Translations under genes and position numbers: made by a program
Part shown: positions 45,549-61,588 of the stretch, piece by piece
Layout: every line of letters starts with the position of its first letter
Position numbering within the stretch: the stretch's first letter is position 1
Notes under the pieces: generated by a model
Databases searched by the model: none
Told to the model about the DNA's origin: nothing
What the model saw: only the letters and a program-made list of their open reading frames with translations
NCBI RefSeq assembly: GCF_009914755.1
Contig: NC_060942.1
DNA from: the human T2T-CHM13v2.0 reference genome, Homo sapiens
Reading direction: 5' to 3' (one strand)
Length of the DNA stretch: 64,000 bases

Positions 45549-46287
45549 AAGAAGAAGAAGAATATAATGTTTATTATTATTGTTAAAAGTATACATTGAA
45601 AAACTTCTACTTAGCTAATGTAAAAGTAATATATGTTTACAAGCCAGTTTGGGAAGCAAGTCAAACATACAGGAAACAGTAGAGGAAAATCCCAAATTAT
45701 GTAACATTGTTCACCGTACTAGGATGTTAAGCATGACATTCCCATTATTTTAGAATTGTGGGAGCTGTCCCAAAAGCTGGAAACGTTCATTGTCAAAACA
45801 TCTATACAGGACATGTTACAAGATTGTGGAATTAATTTTGTGACCCCCTAGTTAATTATCCACCTCAGGAATTATAGGAGGTAAGAAGATCAATCTTTAG
45901 ACCCAAGAGATTCTAGGGACACCAGCATCCAGAGTCGTCTGGGGAGAGTTGCCAGCGTGCCACACCCAGCCCACACACAGTGAGGAGTGGGCGGCGATTC
46001 TCACAGCATTTTGAAGCTATTGCTGTGCCACCTTCAGCTTGCACGGTTGCTACAGGAAAGCAGGCTGCCAGCCTAATTATTGTTCCATTGAAGACACTCC
46101 CTTTTTTTCTGGCAGCTTTTACCATTTCCCTTTTACCCTGCATGTTCTGCAGCTTCATTGTGATAGAACTTACTACAGATTTTATATATTTTATTTTTCC
46201 TGCTTGATAGTCAGAGTACACTCTCCATTTGAATGAAAAATTTGGTCTCTCTTTCAGTTTCAGAAAACTCTGTCATTATCTCTTTAA

Positions 46288-46421
46288 ATTTTTTTTTTTT
46301 TTAGAGATGGGGGTTCACGCTGGATTGCCCAGGCTGGTCTCGAACTCCTGGCCTCAAGCAGTTCTCCCTCCTCAGCCTCCCAAAGTACTGGGATTACAGG
46401 TGTAAGCCACTGCGCCTGGCC
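46288..46421 (-). mobile_element. FLAM_C-type Alu monomer
   Basis: Poly-T plus reverse left monomer. Confidence 0.88.
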
Positions 46422-46939
46422 CGACATACTTTTGATATTGTTTTTTCCATCATTCTCACTTTATCTTGTTCTGGCTTTCCTATACACAAATTTATACCAT
46501 GTCATCTCAATACATCCTCCATGATTCTTGACAGCACTTCTACATTTTTTTCTTTTTGTCTCTTTGTACTGTGTTTGGGTTAAGGCCTCAGTACTTCTAA
46601 TCCATTACCTCAAAATGTCCCAAATGATAACTGTCATTTCCTACCATTACCACACTCTGCCCTCCAAACTATTTCTCCTCCTTACTTCAGTGAGTGGCCT
46701 TACCATCTGTCAGAAATCTTGAGCTTCTCCCAGACTTACCCTCTGCTAATCCTCCATACTATTACTAGAGTGCTTTTTAAATAATACGATTCTGAACATA
46801 CTAATCCCATACTTAAAATGTATGCATGGCATCCCACTGACCTTTGAAACATGGCTTAGAAGTCACTGAGGACACAGTCCCTGCTTCCCTTGTTGGCCTC
46901 ATGTTTCTAAATTTTCCCTTTATATTCTGCCTTCTAGCA

Positions 46940-48480
46940 ATTCATTCATTCAAATATGCATCTTTATACATTGAATGCCTATAATGTGCCAACTACTCTT
47001 CTGGACCTTGGGATACTTTAGTAAACAAAGCAGCCAAAAGATCCTCTTCATGGAACTTAGTAGGGGAGACAGATGGTAAACAAAATGAGTAAAGTGCCTG
47101 GTGTGTTGGAAGTAATAAGTGCAATGGAAAAAATAAACCGAGAGAGGGGAACGCTGTGGGTGGAAGCTGGGTGATGGAGACTTAAAATGGAATGACCAGA
47201 GAAGGCTTTACTGAGATGGTAGTATCTTCTTGAAGATGCGAAAGAGTTGAGGGCATGAGTAGTGAAGAATCTGAAGAAAGAGCATTGAAATCAGGAACAT
47301 CAAATGCAAAGGTCTTGAGGTGGAAAGTTATGTGACTTGTTCAAGAAACATTTAGGATGTCAATATGGCTGAGCAGACTGGGGAGGGCAGGAAGTAGGAG
47401 AAGAGGGTGGGGAAGTTCCCAGAACCTGAGTTATTGGGCCTTGCAGGCCATGGTAAAGCACTGGGCTTTTACTCTGAGTGAAGTAGGACACTTCACTCAG
47501 CATAGTCACGTAAGTAGAGGTGGTAGGACACTTCACTTCACCATGGAGGGTGTCAGGCAGAACAATGATGTGCTCTAGTTTATAGTTAAAGGATTACTCT
47601 ATCTGCTATGTGGAGAACAGACTATAGGAAGAAAAGGAAGTAAGAAAACTACTTAGACCTCTTTAGGAGGCTTTAACAAAAGTCCAGGCTTGAGATGAAA
47701 ATGACTTGCACTGGGATAGTGGCAGTAGAAGTGGTGAGACTTAATAAAATTCTGGATATATTTTGAAGGACTTTGCTAATAGGCTTGTGCTAATTATGGT
47801 TTTAGGCCATGGAGATACATCTATGAACAAAGAAGACAGAAAATCCTACCAGAATTGACTGAAAAGTTGAGTGAGGGGCAGGAAAGAAAAAGAGGTGGCA
47901 AAGGTGAGTCAAAGTTTTCGGCCTGAGCAACTTAAAGGATGGAGAAGACAAACAGGATGAGCAGGTTTTGGAGGTAAGATTAGATCATTTGTGGAGTGTG
48001 AAGGTTTACATGCCCAACAGACATCCTCATGGAGCTGTCAAGTGAGAGGTTAGATATGTGAGTCTGGAGTAAAGGTCACAGGTCTTGGCTAGAGATACAC
48101 ACTTGGTGATCGGTGTATAAGTGGTATTTAAAGCTATGAGAGTGGATGAGGTCAGCTCAAAAGGACGGCTGACAGAAAAGAGAAGAGATCCAAGCACTGA
48201 ATCCTAGGCTACTCCATGTGATTAGCGAAATTAGGAGGAATTGGCAAAGGAGACTGAAGAGTAACCACAAATGAAGGCAGAAACCAGGACAGTGTGGCAT
48301 CCTGGAAGCCAGAGAAGAAGGTATTTCAAAGGTGAGGGAGTGAGCACCTTTTCTAATACTATTTGAGAACTGTGAATTGGCTATGAGGATGTAGAGGTCA
48401 CTGGTGACCTTGACGAGCACACATTTGATGGAGTGGTCAGAAAAAAAAGATTTATTATAGCAGATTCAAGAGATAATTGG
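46940..48480 (-). mobile_element. L2 relic
   Basis: Starts ttcattcattcaaa followed by purine-rich L2-like body. Confidence 0.7.
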
Positions 48481-48683
48481 TCAGAAAAGGATCACTGAGA
48501 AAGAAAAAAGTAAAAACTAAAATAAAGAGAGAATTGGGTTTGTATACCCATGTTCATAGCAGCACTACTCACAATAGCTAAAATGTAGAAGCAACCCAAG
48601 TGTCCATCAACAAATGAACAGATAAGGAAAATGTGGTGTATACATATCGTGGAATATCATTCAGCCTTAAAAAGGAAAGACAT

Positions 48684-49076
<393 letters not shown>

Positions 49077-49275
49077 TTATGATTCCATAACTTACATGAA
49101 ATACTTAGAGTGGCCAGAATTCTAGACAGAAAGTAGAATGGTGGTTACTGGGGGAAGGGAGGAATGGGGAGTTATTGTTTAATGGTCATAGAATTTCAGT
49201 TTTACAAGATGCAAAGAGTTATGGAGCTGGATGGTGGTGATGCATAACACTACAAATATATTTAATCCACTAAGC

Positions 49276-49773
49276 TTTTAGTTCCCAACCTTTTTGGCAC
49301 CAGGGATCAGTTTCGAGGAAGACGATATTTCCAGGGACTGGGGCAGGGGTGGCGGTCGGGGGGCAATGATTTCAGAATGATTCAACTCATTACATTTATA
49401 GTGCATCTTATTTCTGTTATTATTACATTGTAATATATAATGAAATACATATACAACTCACCATAATGTAGAATCAGTGGGAGCCCTGGGCTTGTTCTCC
49501 TACAACTGGACGGTCCCATCTCAGGGGTGATGGGAGACAGTGACAGATCATCAGGCATTAGATTCTCAAAAGGAGAACATGACCTAGATTCCTCGCAATG
49601 CACAGTTCACAATAGGGCTCATGCTCCTAAGAGAATCTAAAGCCACTGCCGATCTGACAGCAGACAGAGCTCACGCAGTAATGTGAGCGATGGGGAGCAG
49701 TTGTAAGTACAGACAAAGCATCACTCCCTCCGACCTGGGGGAGGGGGGAGGCAGGGGGTGTTGGGGACCCCTG
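49276..49773. mobile_element. MER1A (hAT-Charlie) DNA transposon
   Basis: Ends cccaacctttttggcaccaggga ... gttggggacccctg; 8-bp TSD cactaagc/cactgagc typical of hAT. Confidence 0.85.
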
Positions 49774-49969
49774 CACTGAGCTATACAATAAACATGGTGA
49801 AGATGGGAAATTTCATGTTATGTACATTTTACTAAATTGGTGGGGGGGTGGGGGCATCGAGAACCAGTGAGTACAGGTGACTTGGTGACTTATTTAAAGG
49901 GTTTTCTATAAGGGAGCAAGAAAATAGGACAACAGCTGAAGCGAGTTTTTGTTGTTTGTTTGTGATACG

Positions 49970-50490
49970 GTACATTAGTTTTTTATTGCTGCTGTAACAA
50001 ATTACCACAAATTTAGTGGCTTAAAACAACACAACTTAGTCATCTTACAATCTTGTAGGTTGGAAGTCCAATGTGGATCTCACCAGGCTAAAATTAAGCT
50101 GTCAGGGAGACTGTGTTCCTTTCCTGAGGCTCTAGGGGAGAATCAGTTTCCTAGCCTGTTTCAGCTTCTAGAGGCTTCCTGCATTCCCTGGCTCCTGACC
50201 CCTTCTTCCATCTTTAAGGCCAGCAACATTGTATCTCTTTGACCCTTCTTCCACAGTCACATCTTTCTCTAACAGTCTTCTTCTGCCTCCCTCTTCTTCC
50301 AAGACCTCTTGTGGCAACGCTGGGTATACCCAGATAGTACAGGATAATCTCTGTATTTTAAGATCAGCTCATTATTAACCTCATTCCATCTTCTCCCTTG
50401 ATTCTCCTCTGCTGTGTAACCTAACACAATCACAGGTTCTGGGAATTAGGACAGGGATATCTTTTGGGGGTCCTTAGTCTGCTTATACAT
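49970..50490 (-). mobile_element. MLT1 (MLT1D-like) solo LTR
   Basis: attgctgctgtaacaaattaccacaaatttagtggcttaaaacaacac, a reverse MLT1 signature. Confidence 0.85.
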
Positions 50491-50837
50491 ACGGGGTACA
50501 TTACAGCATTCATGTTGATGGGGATACTCCAACAGAGAGAACTTGATGATGCAGGAGAGGGCAGAATTGCTGGTGTGGCATGAGCAAGAAAACAGAGGAG
50601 CTGGCTTTCTATAGGAGCAAGGAGAGTTCCTCTCTAGTTAGCAGGAGAGGAGGGGGAGGACAATGCATGAAGACAGATGTTGGCTGGTGGGTAAATGTGG
50701 TGGGGGCTCGTGAGAGCCATTATCTTCTCAGTGACTTAGCAGCAAGGTTGTCAACTGAGAGTGAGGATAGAATAGAATGTGTTAGAGGTGTGAAGAGACA
50801 AAAGTTATAAAACTGACATCAAATAGACAAGAGCATG

Positions 50838-51150
50838 GGCCAGGGGATGGTGCCTCATGCCTGTAATCTCAACACTTTTGAGGCCAACGCAGGCAGAGAG
50901 CTAGAGCTCAGGAGTTCAAGACCAAGCCTGAGCAACGTGGAGAAATCCTGTCTCTACAAATAATACAAAAATTAGCCAGGTGTAGTGGTGTACACCTGTA
51001 GTCCTAGCTACTCAGGAAGCTGAGGTGGGAGGACTGATTGACCCTTAGGAGGCCAAGGCTGCAGTGAGCCATGATGGTACCACTGCAGTCTGGCCTGGGT
51101 GACACAGCAACACCTTGTCTCAAAAAAAAAAAAAAAAAAAAAAAAAAAGA
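50838..51150 (+). mobile_element. Alu (AluJ-type)
   Basis: Diverged dimer with long poly-A. Confidence 0.92.
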
Positions 51151-51656
51151 AATTGAGAGAGCGGAGCATGAAAAGACTAGAGAAATGTTGTGGGCATCGA
51201 GGGCCCACTTGAAGTCTGTGGTCATTAACTTAAAGTGCAACCACTTAGCTTGTTTCCTACACTCAAGTGGACAAAGAATTCATATATTTATTAGTCAGAG
51301 TAGTAAATTTCTCCCTAAGAAATTTACATGGATTATTGTGCTTTATCCTCACAACCACTGAATAAAGTGGGCACTATTATTATGCCCTTTTACAGATGAG
51401 GAAACTAAAAGATTGGCTAAAGTAAGCATCGACTATAATTTTTGTTTTAGGTATTAGTTTTATTTCGGGGATTCAAAAATAATATTTGTGTCATAAGATT
51501 AATTTAGTAAATGTAATTTAATCACTACGTTTATTCATTAACGAACTATTATAGTATCACTATGTTAGGCTATATACTTCAAAACAGCTTAGATATCAGG
51601 AATCTTTGTCTTTTAACAGTTAAAACAGCATTTCTCCAGTTAACTATCAGAGCCAG

Positions 51657-54215
<2,559 letters not shown>

Positions 54216-55397
54216 GCCAGATAATTTATTATCTATATAATCCTTATTCCTTTTTTTGTTTGCTTTATTCATATTCTCTGTTCTTACATCTCATTTAGTA
54301 TTTTAATTTTTCTAAGCATGTATCTATTTAACTTATTTTTTCAAATTTTCTAGTATGGAAGTAATAAGTATCCCCAAATACCCTTAATTCAATTTCACAT
54401 AATTTTTTATCTCATTTATCATCCCTGACTTTAATGATAATTCTGACTAAAGTTTTTTAAAAAGCAATTCTTTATATATGTAGAATCTTCTATATCTTTG
54501 TAATATATTATTTGTAGTTTTGGTGCTCTAAAATTAATTATTATACAGATTTATGTAAACGCTTATTCATTTAAAAGAAAGGAGCTCCTCCTACTGTTTT
54601 CCTGAATTAAAGGATTAATGCTAATTGTTACATCATAAATATTTCATGTATGAAGAATTAGAATTCCATGTATGTAGGCAAAACCAGAATGTAAGCCATG
54701 TCCCTTAACATTCAATAGTTTCTTACATGCAATAAAAATTGCAAGTGATCCATATAAAATCATTGACTTAGGTTGTAAATACCAAGGATCCATTCTGCTA
54801 TGCTTCCTTGCTGTTGTTTGGGTAACGAAATTTTCCTACTTTGGACCAAAGGAGAAAGCACAGTACAGTAAAATAAAATATGGGCTTCGGGCTGGGCCAC
54901 TTACTAGCTATGTGCACTTGAACAATTGACCAGTTACCATGTATTTACCGGCACCTGTGGATATTAGGCATTGTATTAGGAGTTAGAGATATGTGGATAA
55001 ATATCCACATATTTACTGTTTTCCTTTCTATTCTACCCCCGGACAATCAGAGACAGGATTTATAACCCAGGTTCTTTCATTACCTTTTGGGAAACCTGTG
55101 CAGATCATTCAAGTATTTGAGCTTGTGTCCCAATCAATGAAACGGAGGTAATAATGTCTATCTCACAGGGTTGTTGTAAGAATTATATATTAGAAATGTT
55201 TATATAGAATACCTAGCACATAATAGGCACAGATAATAATAACTGTCCATTCCATTTTTTTCTCCCTTTAGATCTCACTTGGGGAAAAAAAACACCACCA
55301 CCTTACTCTGAGGCAGGAGCAATGGATAGTGACCTTGTAGAAATTATAGTACTCCCGAAATAATTGATTGCTATAAATATTGAGTTTCCAAATGATT

Positions 55398-55626
55398 AGT
55401 GCTGGGTTTTCTCAACCTAAGCACTACTGACTTTTTGGGCTGAATAACGTTCTGTTGTCGAGGGCCGTCCTGTGCATAGTAGGATGTTTCGCAGCGTCCC
55501 TGGCTTCTCCCCACTAGATGCAGTATCTGTCCCGTTTGTGAAAAGCAAAACTGTCTCTCCAGACATCGCCAAATGTTCCTTCAGGGCAAAACCCAACCAC
55601 CACTCCTCCACTATTGAGAACCACTG
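55398..55626. mobile_element. MER20 DNA transposon
   Basis: ttctcaacc...gcactactgac...cctgtgcatagtaggatgttt...ttgagaaccactg. Confidence 0.85.
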
Positions 55627-55696
55627 CAATAGTGGATCATAAGCTCACATTTAGTGGGCCTTGAGAGGTATTCTAAAAATTAAATGACATAGAATT

Positions 55697-56542
<846 letters not shown>

Positions 56543-56645
56543 GAATTGAAAAGAACAGAATAGAAATCCTTGAAAAACATTATAGGTAGTCAAGTATTTC
56601 TTAGTGAAATAAATTTCTTACTATGAGTATTGGTCAAAAGATTGA

Positions 56646-56738
56646 GGGAGGATGGCTTGAGCCTGGGAGATGGAGGCTGCAGTGAGCTGTGATAGAACAC
56701 AGCACTCCAGCCTGGGCAATAGAGCAAGACCCTGTTTC
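56646..56738 (+). mobile_element. Alu right-arm fragment (AluJ/FRAM-like)
   Basis: gggaggatggcttgagcc...ctgggcaatagagcaagacc. Confidence 0.8.
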
Positions 56739-58599
56739 ACTCTATTTGGAGCAGAATTCAAGTCTCCAAACTTTTAGTAAAAACGTGAGAAGGAGATTAT
56801 CACATGGAGGCAAAGATCTCCCATAGGGTCCAAAGGATAGAAATATCAGAGTCAGAGGCCTTTGATGGTGGGTCCAGTCATGAAAACTGAGTATCAAAAT
56901 ACTAGGTGGACATTTGAAGAACATTTTATCGAGATGCTATTTTTCCACATTGGTTGACTAACCGTTTTTAAATCCATAGTTGTGGAATGAATAAATGAAT
57001 GAATGAACACAGACTACACAATTCCTGTTCATCTTCAATCAGCCAGGCCCTCTGATCACCTCCAGACAATCAGGCATGCTGCTCCCTCTGCCTGGCATCT
57101 CCCTCTCCTTTTCTTTCCCCACTGAATTAATTCTAGAATTAGCTCTTTAACATCCCCTGGGGGACACCTTCCACTAGTTCCCAGACAAGTTTACGCTTCG
57201 TTTGTGCTCCTTCAATAGGCCCTAACTAACTGTACTGCAATTATTATATCTGTTCCACCCTTGTTCCCTGATACTCCGCTAACTCCGCATTTTTTCTATT
57301 CCTCCCGCCCCCATCCCCAAGGTAGCAACAACTATGTTCTGCTCCGGAAAGCATAAGCCACAGCCCCCACCACAGTGCTTGGCAATGCGGTTGCTGTTTA
57401 ATACCTGCTGACTGAGTGGAAGGAAGACAAAACAATTACCTGACTCAAAGAGAAGCAAAAGAATGCTGCCTTCAAGCTGAGGGGAAGACTGAACTGTCCG
57501 TTTCTTTCTGCTCTAAAGTGTCCTCTGGAGAGGACGCTGGCGGAGCTGGTGCTCTCGTGGTGGCAGGCCACCACCCTGTGGAGGTGTCCATGCATTGCAA
57601 GTGCTCGCAAGCTCCAGGAACAAACGCATCCGCGCAGCCGTCTGGGGTTTGTCCCGTCGCTGCCAACCCTCTCGCTGAGTCCCCGCCCTCGCCGATAAGA
57701 GCCCACTTAGGACCCCCATTACATGGATGGCTTCCCAGGACCTGCCCTTAAAGACTCCGATTTAGTAGGTTGGAAATGACGCAATTATTTTTATTTTTAA
57801 TTAGTACCCCAAGTCATTCTTTACCATCAAGGAAGTTTGGGAAACAGATCACTTTTGTTTCAATCACCTGTGGAACTGGAGCAGTTATTTTTTTCCCCAG
57901 CGACTTTACCACGAAGTTAACTTTGGAATACGTTAGTGGTTAATACACGGAACGTTCCCGAGATCCCTCAAGAAAGAAGCTACGAATACTTAGAAGATAC
58001 TATTCCGCGGCGTTTACAGCAACACTGTCCGTTCCAGAAGGATTCAAGTGGCGGCCTGCTTTGAAGGCGAAGACCACAGGGCAACCCAAACTTCAGAAGG
58101 GTTCTGGCCACGGGAGCCACACTGGTCACTGTCCCCTAGTGCTGGGATGACGGCTCGAGTGTTAGAGGATCCCACTCTCTCCTCTGGTAGATGAGGTCAG
58201 AGAGCTGAGGGGGCCAGAACAAGTCTTCCTTATCGGATTCTGGGCGGAAAAAGATAAAGTCGGGGAGGACTTTCTCTTTTTAATAAGATTCATCGTTACG
58301 AATTGTTCTAGGCAAGCAGACCTCAGGAGAAATAGGCCCAAGTTTTGATTCCTGTTTTCACCAAGTCGCAAGTCCTAATCGTAGCAAGAGGTGCGGGGAA
58401 GAGTCGCCTTCCTTCCTGCATAGTGGGATCCAAGTCAGGCTGTCCTTGTTAGCCAGGGTCAAAGGGGCTCTGCCAGGGAAAAACGACGGCAAATGTTTTT
58501 CAAGAGGAAGTCTCCAGCCACTTGTGACCTGGGAAATCCGTCTGGGCCAAAAAGATAGTGGAGGCTTGGCTGAGGGCCCCAGGGACACACGTTTCCTCC

Positions 58600-59560
58600 C
58601 GTATGGAGGGGGCGGGACTCTTCATAAAATTACACTGCACACAGAGCTAGCATCAAGATCCGCTCCCGGGATACGCGCACTGCTCCGGGGCCCTCAGGCG
58701 GAGACCCAGACCCCGCGCGGGGCGTCAAGCGCAGGCGCACTACCGCCCACAAGCTGGAGCCCGGCTTCGGGGCGGGGCGAGGGTCAGTCACGTGGGCCCG
58801 CAGCCCTCTCCTCGATTTCCCTACAAGGACTTGGGCCGACGGGCCCCGCCCTTCGCCGTGCCCTGGAATGTGCGGCCAGGCAAAGCCACAGGACGGACGC
58901 AACCATCTGCGGAAAGGATAGGGGGGAGGAAGACTTAACACTGCAACAACAGGTACAAAAAAGAAGGAAACTCAGTAACAGGACCCAGAGGACCATTATA
59001 TATTGCTCTATATTCTAGGTCGCCCACTTTACACTTCCTTCTCATGCACTTGGTCAATACCACGCCCGCTGACCACACTGGCGACTTCCCTCTCTGTCGC
59101 CCCTCCGTGAAGTCAGACCCACTCTGCGGGCCAAGAAAGGTGACCGGGCTTCCTTCCGGCTTGCTAAGCAGAGGCCGGAAGCGGTGGTTTTTAGCGGCTC
59201 TCTGGGTAGCAGGGTGGTGTGATAGCGGCAGCGAGGGGCTCGGAGAGGTGCTCGGATTCTCGTAGCTGTGCCGGGTGAGTGGCGCTCGCGTTCGGGCGCG
59301 TGAGACCCATCCCGGGGACCCGTCTCCGCGGGGGCAGCTGGAGGGCGGCGGGGCTCCTGGCGCCGGTAGCGCACCTGGGCAGGTGTGCCAGCCAGGTCCC
59401 CGGTTCTGGGATCCGAGGCCATGGCTTGGAGTGGCCCAGACCCGAACTTCGCTCCTGTGCCCAAACTTGGAACTCTGGAAATGTGGCTTCGCTCACTGGC
59501 GCCTTGAGCTTGGGCGACTGCCGGGTCCGCGAAACCCGACCCCTGCAGAGCTGACTCCGG
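58600..59560. promoter_or_regulatory. MYL12A: CpG-island promoter of MYL12A: GC boxes (58608, 58769), NRF1 GCGCAGGCGCA (58729-58739), E-box gtCACGTG (58789-58794), ETS/GABP motifs (cttccgg ~59153, ccggaag ~59176)
   Basis: High GC and CpG density with housekeeping motifs; lies next to a strong 5' splice site. Confidence 0.85.
59190..59274 (+). other. MYL12A: MYL12A non-coding exon 1 (5' end approximate; upstream TSSs likely)
   Basis: Donor CGG|gtgagt at 59274/59275. Gene identity comes from synteny with MYOM1 and my recall of the 5' UTR; no MYL12A coding exon 2 is in this window. Confidence 0.78.
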
Positions 59561-60993
59561 GACTATTTTAGTTTCTAACGTCAACTTGCCCGATTCAAGA
59601 GGGTTTGCGCAAAAAACGTAGCCCGTTGTCCTCCTGCTGCAGCTGTTGTTGCAGCTGTGTGGCTGCGTTTAGTAGGAATAACCAACTCAAATTGGGAAGT
59701 TCTTCAGCTCAGTATCCGCTCCTGTAATTAGAACTTTTTTTCTTTAAGCGATGAAATTTTGGACAGAGAGATCTGGAGTTTAGTTTGTGACTCGAAGAAA
59801 AACTCCAAAATGTAATACCTTGTCCCATTTGGGGGGAAAGTTTGGGCTAATTCAATTCGCCATGGAAGTGTCTTCTTTTTAAAGTAGTTTAGTAGGTATA
59901 TGAATGTATCTGTCAGTTCTTGAGAGACCTATGGATTTAGCAGAGATTTTAACTTAAGTGCAAAAAGTTTCATATTTAAAGGCGAATAAAGCGAATATTT
60001 CTTAAAATTATTGGTATTTGTTTCATGTTCTGGAAGGGCTCTAATAAACGGTAATCAGAAAAGCACTCTATTTTCAAAAGCGAGGCTTTACTGGCAAGTC
60101 AGCCCTCACAGCTAATTGTCTTTGTCCAGTGGTGAGAACTTTTGGGTGTGGCAGTCCAAGAGAACGAATCCTACCTTCAACCGGAAGTTTGCATAAGAAA
60201 TGAAACTTGGTTTACTTGGAACGGAAGCACCAACTTGAAATACACTTTTTAAAAACTGTGGTTAGCACCAGAAAATAAGTTATACTTAGGCTTTTTTTTT
60301 TTAAGTGCATTGATTAAATGAGGCGGTATATTTGGTCAGGGTTTAGAAAGCCCACCAAATACTAGGTGCTATCACAGTACGCAGTGTTTTGTAAGATGGT
60401 GGTTTTTTCTTGCAGAATGTGTGATATTTCTCAGAATATTATCAATTTGAGTGTTCGTTTTGTAGAAGAAGTTTCTAGGTTATTTTACATTTATTGCCAC
60501 TTTGTAAATAAATGCTGGACTCTAGGATTCTAACCACAGAACTCTAATGTATATATTGGTATGGATTAATCCCATTTTATAAATGAACATAGTTTCTAGA
60601 GATTCTGAAAACTTCTTGTGTCCTTTGGTGTGTGGGGAAAGCCACTTTGAGAATCTCTTCTATTTCTCCCACCTATTAATCTAGTCTAACATTTTCCTTA
60701 ATCATGTTGTGTATCTCTCGTTACAGCCCACAATGATTCTGAGCTAAAACACAAAATAAAAACCAGATTCATTGCCACCAGCGCTCACCTCGCCTGACTT
60801 AAAAAAAAGGTTATGCTCCTTTAGATCTGTAAACTCAGTCTCCTAACTGCCCTTCATCCACTTTCTCATGCATCTGAAATCCTCATATTTTGTAGAAGCC
60901 TGTTCTGTAAGTCTCTCTACTTTCCAGTTTCGTACAACAGACACTCCTTGACACCAAGGATCTTTCACTTAATCCCTCAAAAATAAAGACTCG

Positions 60994-61297
60994 AGCTGGG
61001 TGCGGTGGCTCACGCCTGTAATTCCAGCACTTTGGGAGGCCGAGGCAGGTGGATCACGAAGTCAGGAGTTCAAGACCAGCCTGCACAAGGTGGTGAAACC
61101 CCGTCTCTACTAAAAATACAAAAATTAGCTGGGCATGGTGGTGGGTGCCTGTAATCCCAGCTACTCCAGAGGCTGAGGCAGAGAATTGCTTGAACCCTGG
61201 AGGTGGAGGTTGAGATCGCGCCACTGCACTCCACCCTGGGCGACAGAGCAAGACTCCGTCTCAAAAATAAATAAATAAAAATAAATAAGTAAATAAA
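60994..61297 (+). mobile_element. Alu (AluS) with (TAAA)n tail
   Basis: TSD aaataaagactcga. Confidence 0.94.
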
Positions 61298-61444
61298 GAC
61301 TCGACTTTATGATTGAGGAGCTTCGTAATTTGGAAACCTCAGGTCCTTACCTGGCGATCTTTGCATCCTAAAGAATAATTACATTGACATGAAATCTTTT
61401 CAATTTATTTTACCCTAGCTTGCTTTTTGTAAAAAGCAATTTCA

Positions 61445-61588
61445 GGGGGGAGGGGGGAGGGATAGCATTAGGAGATATACCTAATGTTAAATGACGAGTT
61501 AATGGGTGCAGCACACCAACATGGCACATGTATACATATGTAACCTGCACGTTGTGCACATGTACCCTAAAACTTAAAGTATAATAAT
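61445..61588 (+). mobile_element. Severely 5'-truncated young L1PA (L1PA3/4-like) 3' end
   Basis: G-tract, gatagcattaggagatatacctaatgttaaatgacgag...aacttaaagtataataa; TSD aaagcaatttca. Confidence 0.92.

Noticed and set aside
58736-58746. Possible minus-strand splice donor beside the NRF1 site
   Set aside because: The sequence is gcactaccg, giving GTAGTG rather than a GTRAG consensus.
58446-59584. 100-190-aa ORFs on both strands of the CpG island
   Set aside because: Expected in GC-rich, stop-poor promoter DNA; several use non-ATG starts, they cross the exon 1 donor, and I recognise no homology.
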